Assembly: GCF_004010195.1 (NCBI RefSeq)
Contig: NC_057757.1
Coordinates: 4,312,314 to 4,376,313 of the forward strand
Direction of reading: 5' to 3'
Length of the DNA stretch: 64,000 bases
Source: Chiloscyllium plagiosum
Lineage: Eukaryota
Shown here: one piece after another, positions 62,001-64,000 of the stretch
How the letters are laid out: each line of letters begins with the position of its first letter
How positions within the stretch are numbered: the first letter of the stretch is position 1
Translations under genes and position numbers: made by a program
Notes under the pieces: generated by a model
Seen by the model: the letters and a program-made list of their open reading frames with translations, nothing else
What the model was told of the DNA's origin: nothing
Database searches by the model: none

Positions 62001-63422
62001 CTGTCGGAATGTAAGCTGGTGTTGTGTGATTTCTGACTCTGATAACACACATACTTATTCCTTGACCAGTAGCTTCATAGACAAGGGCTTTATTTCATTA
62101 ATTTTGAAGAACTAATGGGAGGAAATTAAACAGAAAACTTTACCATAACCGCCATAATCTCCGGGACCTGAGGAGCCAAGAGAGATTTGAGTTAATGTTG
62201 TCATGGAGATTGGTTTTGGAATCTACATGTTCAGCCACACAATCAGTTTGACAATGGTTCATGTCCAAAGATTTCAACTTGACGTTGCTCATTCAAAATT
62301 CAAAATGGACTCCACCTTTCGAAATTAGTTTCTTTCAATTTATTGATCCTTCCCCTTCGCTCAGATAAATATCGAACTCTTGAGGGAAGTGATATTCTGG
62401 ATTGTGGTATCTCCCTCAAATCATGGGGGAGTCACGGAAGGGTGATGGGAGAGACAGCTATCCCCAAAAGCAGGAATGATCAAAGCTCAATTCTTCCTGT
62501 GGTCGGTAGCTAATTCACTCAATTTAATTGTCAATTTGCAGTCGGTTCCCACTCCACCTTCACCCTCAAACCTCTACTGCCAGCATTTCCCTAAACCCCC
62601 AAACTCTACTGCCAGCATTTCATCAGCATCAGAATGATCCCCAAAATCTTTATACCCAATGTTGATGCAGTGGCATGGTGGCTCCATGGTTAGTGCTGCT
62701 GCCTCATAGTGCCTGGAACCCATGTGTGATTCCAACCTCAGGTGAATGTCTGTGTGATGCTTGTGCATTTTCCCTGTGTCTGCGTGTGTTTCCTCCCACT
62801 GTCCAAAGATGGACAGCCTAGTGAACCTTGACCATTTTAAATTGTCCCGTAGTACCCAAGGGTATGCAGGCTAATAGCGTTAACCATGGGAGTTGCAGGG
62901 ATGGATTGGGACGCTCTTTTAGGGTCAATGTGGGCTGAATGGCCTGCATCCTCACATTGAATATTCCATGAATTCCCAGACAGAATCTGTCATTGCTATA
63001 TTCCTGCTATTGGAGTTTTGTCTTTGTAATGGTGGGCATTGTGTTTTCTGTATTATCTAAATCTTGTCATTACAGAAGCTGTGCCTGGGTACGTTTGTAT
63101 CTACGAGGAGACCCTGACCACGCCTGACCCCGTCCCCACGCCTACTTCTTCAACACGACACCAGGTTATAACCCAACAGGTTTATTTGAAATCACAGTCT
63201 TTCAGAGCGCTGTCTGGTGAAGTGAGTTCTCCTGATGCTTAGGTTGTGATTTCAAATAAACCTGTCGGAATGTAAGCTCGTGTTGTGTGATTTCTGACTC
63301 TGATAACACACATACTTATTCCTTGACCATTAGCTTCATGGACAAGGGCTTTATTTCATTAATTTTGAAGAGCTAATGGGATGAAATTAAATAGAAAACT
63401 TTACCATAACCGCCTCCGTGAC
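37038..63422 (-). CDS. Gene(s) B (incomplete model): microexon-built Gly/Tyr/His-rich protein(s)
   Basis: 14 intact phase 1-1 microexons, one per tandem repeat unit, all 18/21/24 nt with no stops. Confidence 0.8.
38332..38755 (+). repeat. 65-bp minisatellite (1-7 copies in each array-2 unit)
   Basis: gctcacatctcagggcaggacagagctgagtaacagagagacattgcaaacacagcctggttaat. Confidence 0.9.
39384..39404 (-). CDS. Microexon, 21 nt, GYGPGYG
   Basis: ttccacag|GTTATGGTCCCGGATATGGAG|gtaata. Confidence 0.82.
41372..41392 (-). CDS. Microexon, 21 nt, GYGPGHG
   Basis: ttccacag|GTTATGGTCCCGGACATGGAG|gtaata. Confidence 0.82.
43422..43442 (-). CDS. Microexon, 21 nt, GYRGEHG
   Basis: ttccacag|GTTACCGTGGCGAACATGGAG|gtaata. 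Confidence 0.8.
44053..44150 (+). repeat. (TATC)n microsatellite, variable in every array-2 unit
   Basis: Direct reading. Confidence 0.95.
45370..45390 (-). CDS. Microexon, 21 nt, GYGPRHG
   Basis: ttccacag|GTTATGGTCCCAGACATGGAG|gtaata. Confidence 0.8.
47516..47536 (-). CDS. Microexon, 21 nt, GYHGGHG
   Basis: ttccacag|GTTACCATGGCGGACATGGAG|gtaata. Confidence 0.82.
49341..49352 (-). pseudogene. Truncated microexon in the divergent edge unit (GHDG, donor deleted)
   Basis: ttctacag|GTCATGATGGTG|gatatc. Confidence 0.55.
52244..52267 (-). CDS. Microexon, 24 nt, GYGGYGDY
   Basis: ctctcttgtctcctcag|GTTACGGAGGTTATGGCGATTATG|gtaaag. Confidence 0.85.
52311..52606 (+). mobile_element. Young HE1-like SINE inserted in one array-3 unit
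   Basis: Interrupts ggagatt|ggttttggaatc, which is contiguous in the other units. Confidence 0.85.
53908..53931 (-). CDS. Microexon, 24 nt, GYKGYGGY
   Basis: ctcctcag|GTTACAAAGGTTATGGTGGTTATG|gtaaag. Confidence 0.85.
55456..55473 (-). CDS. Microexon, 18 nt, GHGRGY
   Basis: ctcctcag|GTCACGGACGCGGTTATG|gtaaag. Confidence 0.83.
57952..57975 (-). CDS. Microexon, 24 nt, GKKGRGGY
   Basis: ctcctcag|GTAAAAAAGGCCGCGGCGGTTATG|gtaaaa. Confidence 0.8.
59282..59299 (-). CDS. Microexon, 18 nt, GHGGGF
   Basis: ctcctcag|GTCACGGAGGCGGTTTTG|gtaaag. Confidence 0.83.
60793..60816 (-). CDS. Microexon, 24 nt, GPGDYGGY
   Basis: ctcctcag|GTCCCGGAGATTATGGCGGTTATG|gtaaag. Confidence 0.83.
62144..62167 (-). CDS. 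Microexon, 24 nt, GPGDYGGY
   Basis: ctcctcag|GTCCCGGAGATTATGGCGGTTATG|gtaaag. Confidence 0.83.
63405..63422 (-). CDS. Microexon, 18 nt, GHGGGY
   Basis: ctcctcag|GTCACGGAGGCGGTTATG|gtaaag. Confidence 0.83.
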
Positions 63423-64000
63423 CTGAGGAGACAAGAGAGATTTGAGTTAATGTTGTCATGGAGTTTGGTTTTGGAATCTACATGTTCAGCCACACAATCA
63501 GTTTGACAATGGTTCATGTCCAAAGGTTTCAACTTGACGTTGCTCATTCAAAATTCAAATGGACTCCACCTTTCGAAATTAGTTTCTTTCAATTTATTGA
63601 TCCTTCCCCTTCGCTCAGATAAATATCGAACTCTTGAGGGAAGTGATAGTCTGGATTGTAGTATCTCCCTCAAATCATGGGGGAGTCACGGAAGGGTAAC
63701 GGGATAGACAGGTGCGATTTTTCCTCCCCTCCGCCTTTCCCTAAAAGCAGGAATGGTGGAACATCAATGCTTCCTGAGGTTGGTAGCTAATTCACTCAAT
63801 TTAATGGCCAATTTGCAGTCATTTCCACCCCTTGTGATGGGAGAGACAGCTATCCCCAAAAGCAGGAATGGTAAAAGCTCAATTCTTCCTGTGGTCGGTC
63901 GCTAATTCACTCAGTTTAACGGCCAATTTGCAATCGTTTCCCGCTCCCCCTTCACCCCCAAACCTCTATTGCCAACATTTCATCAGCATCAGGATGATCC

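Larger units (their letters stand above)
51420..64000. repeat. Tandem array 3: ~9 units of ~1.3-1.6 kb, each with a SINE, a palindromic Penelope-derived element and one microexon
   Basis: Near-identical blocks recur; [13 protein letters not shown] repeats. Confidence 0.95.

Overview
Vertebrate, elasmobranch (shark)-type genomic DNA, judged from the HE1-like V-SINEs, HER1/CR1 LINEs and Penelope-derived palindromes. It has five N-gaps and no long host ORF; almost all ORF-track entries are TE fragments or noise. The main signal is invisible to the ORF track. The large intronic-looking tandem repeats (1.2-9.9 kb, 35.7-50 kb, 51.4-64 kb) each carry 15-36 nt AG/GT-bounded microexons. These are multiples of 3, phase 1-1, and splice into Gly/Tyr/Lys/His/Pro-rich low-complexity proteins. 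Gene A (+ strand) has GKGYDDK/VGPGYGP-type microexons, then a Cys-rich half-WAP-like coding exon (31886-31987) and a probable 3'UTR exon (33693-~34270). Gene(s) B (- strand, converging on A) have GYGGY/GHGGGY microexons in ~1.4-kb repeats and GYGPGHG-type microexons in ~2-kb repeats. The 5' ends of both lie outside the window or in gaps. Function is inference only (cross-linkable structural protein, e.g. egg capsule or skin). No transcript evidence was available.
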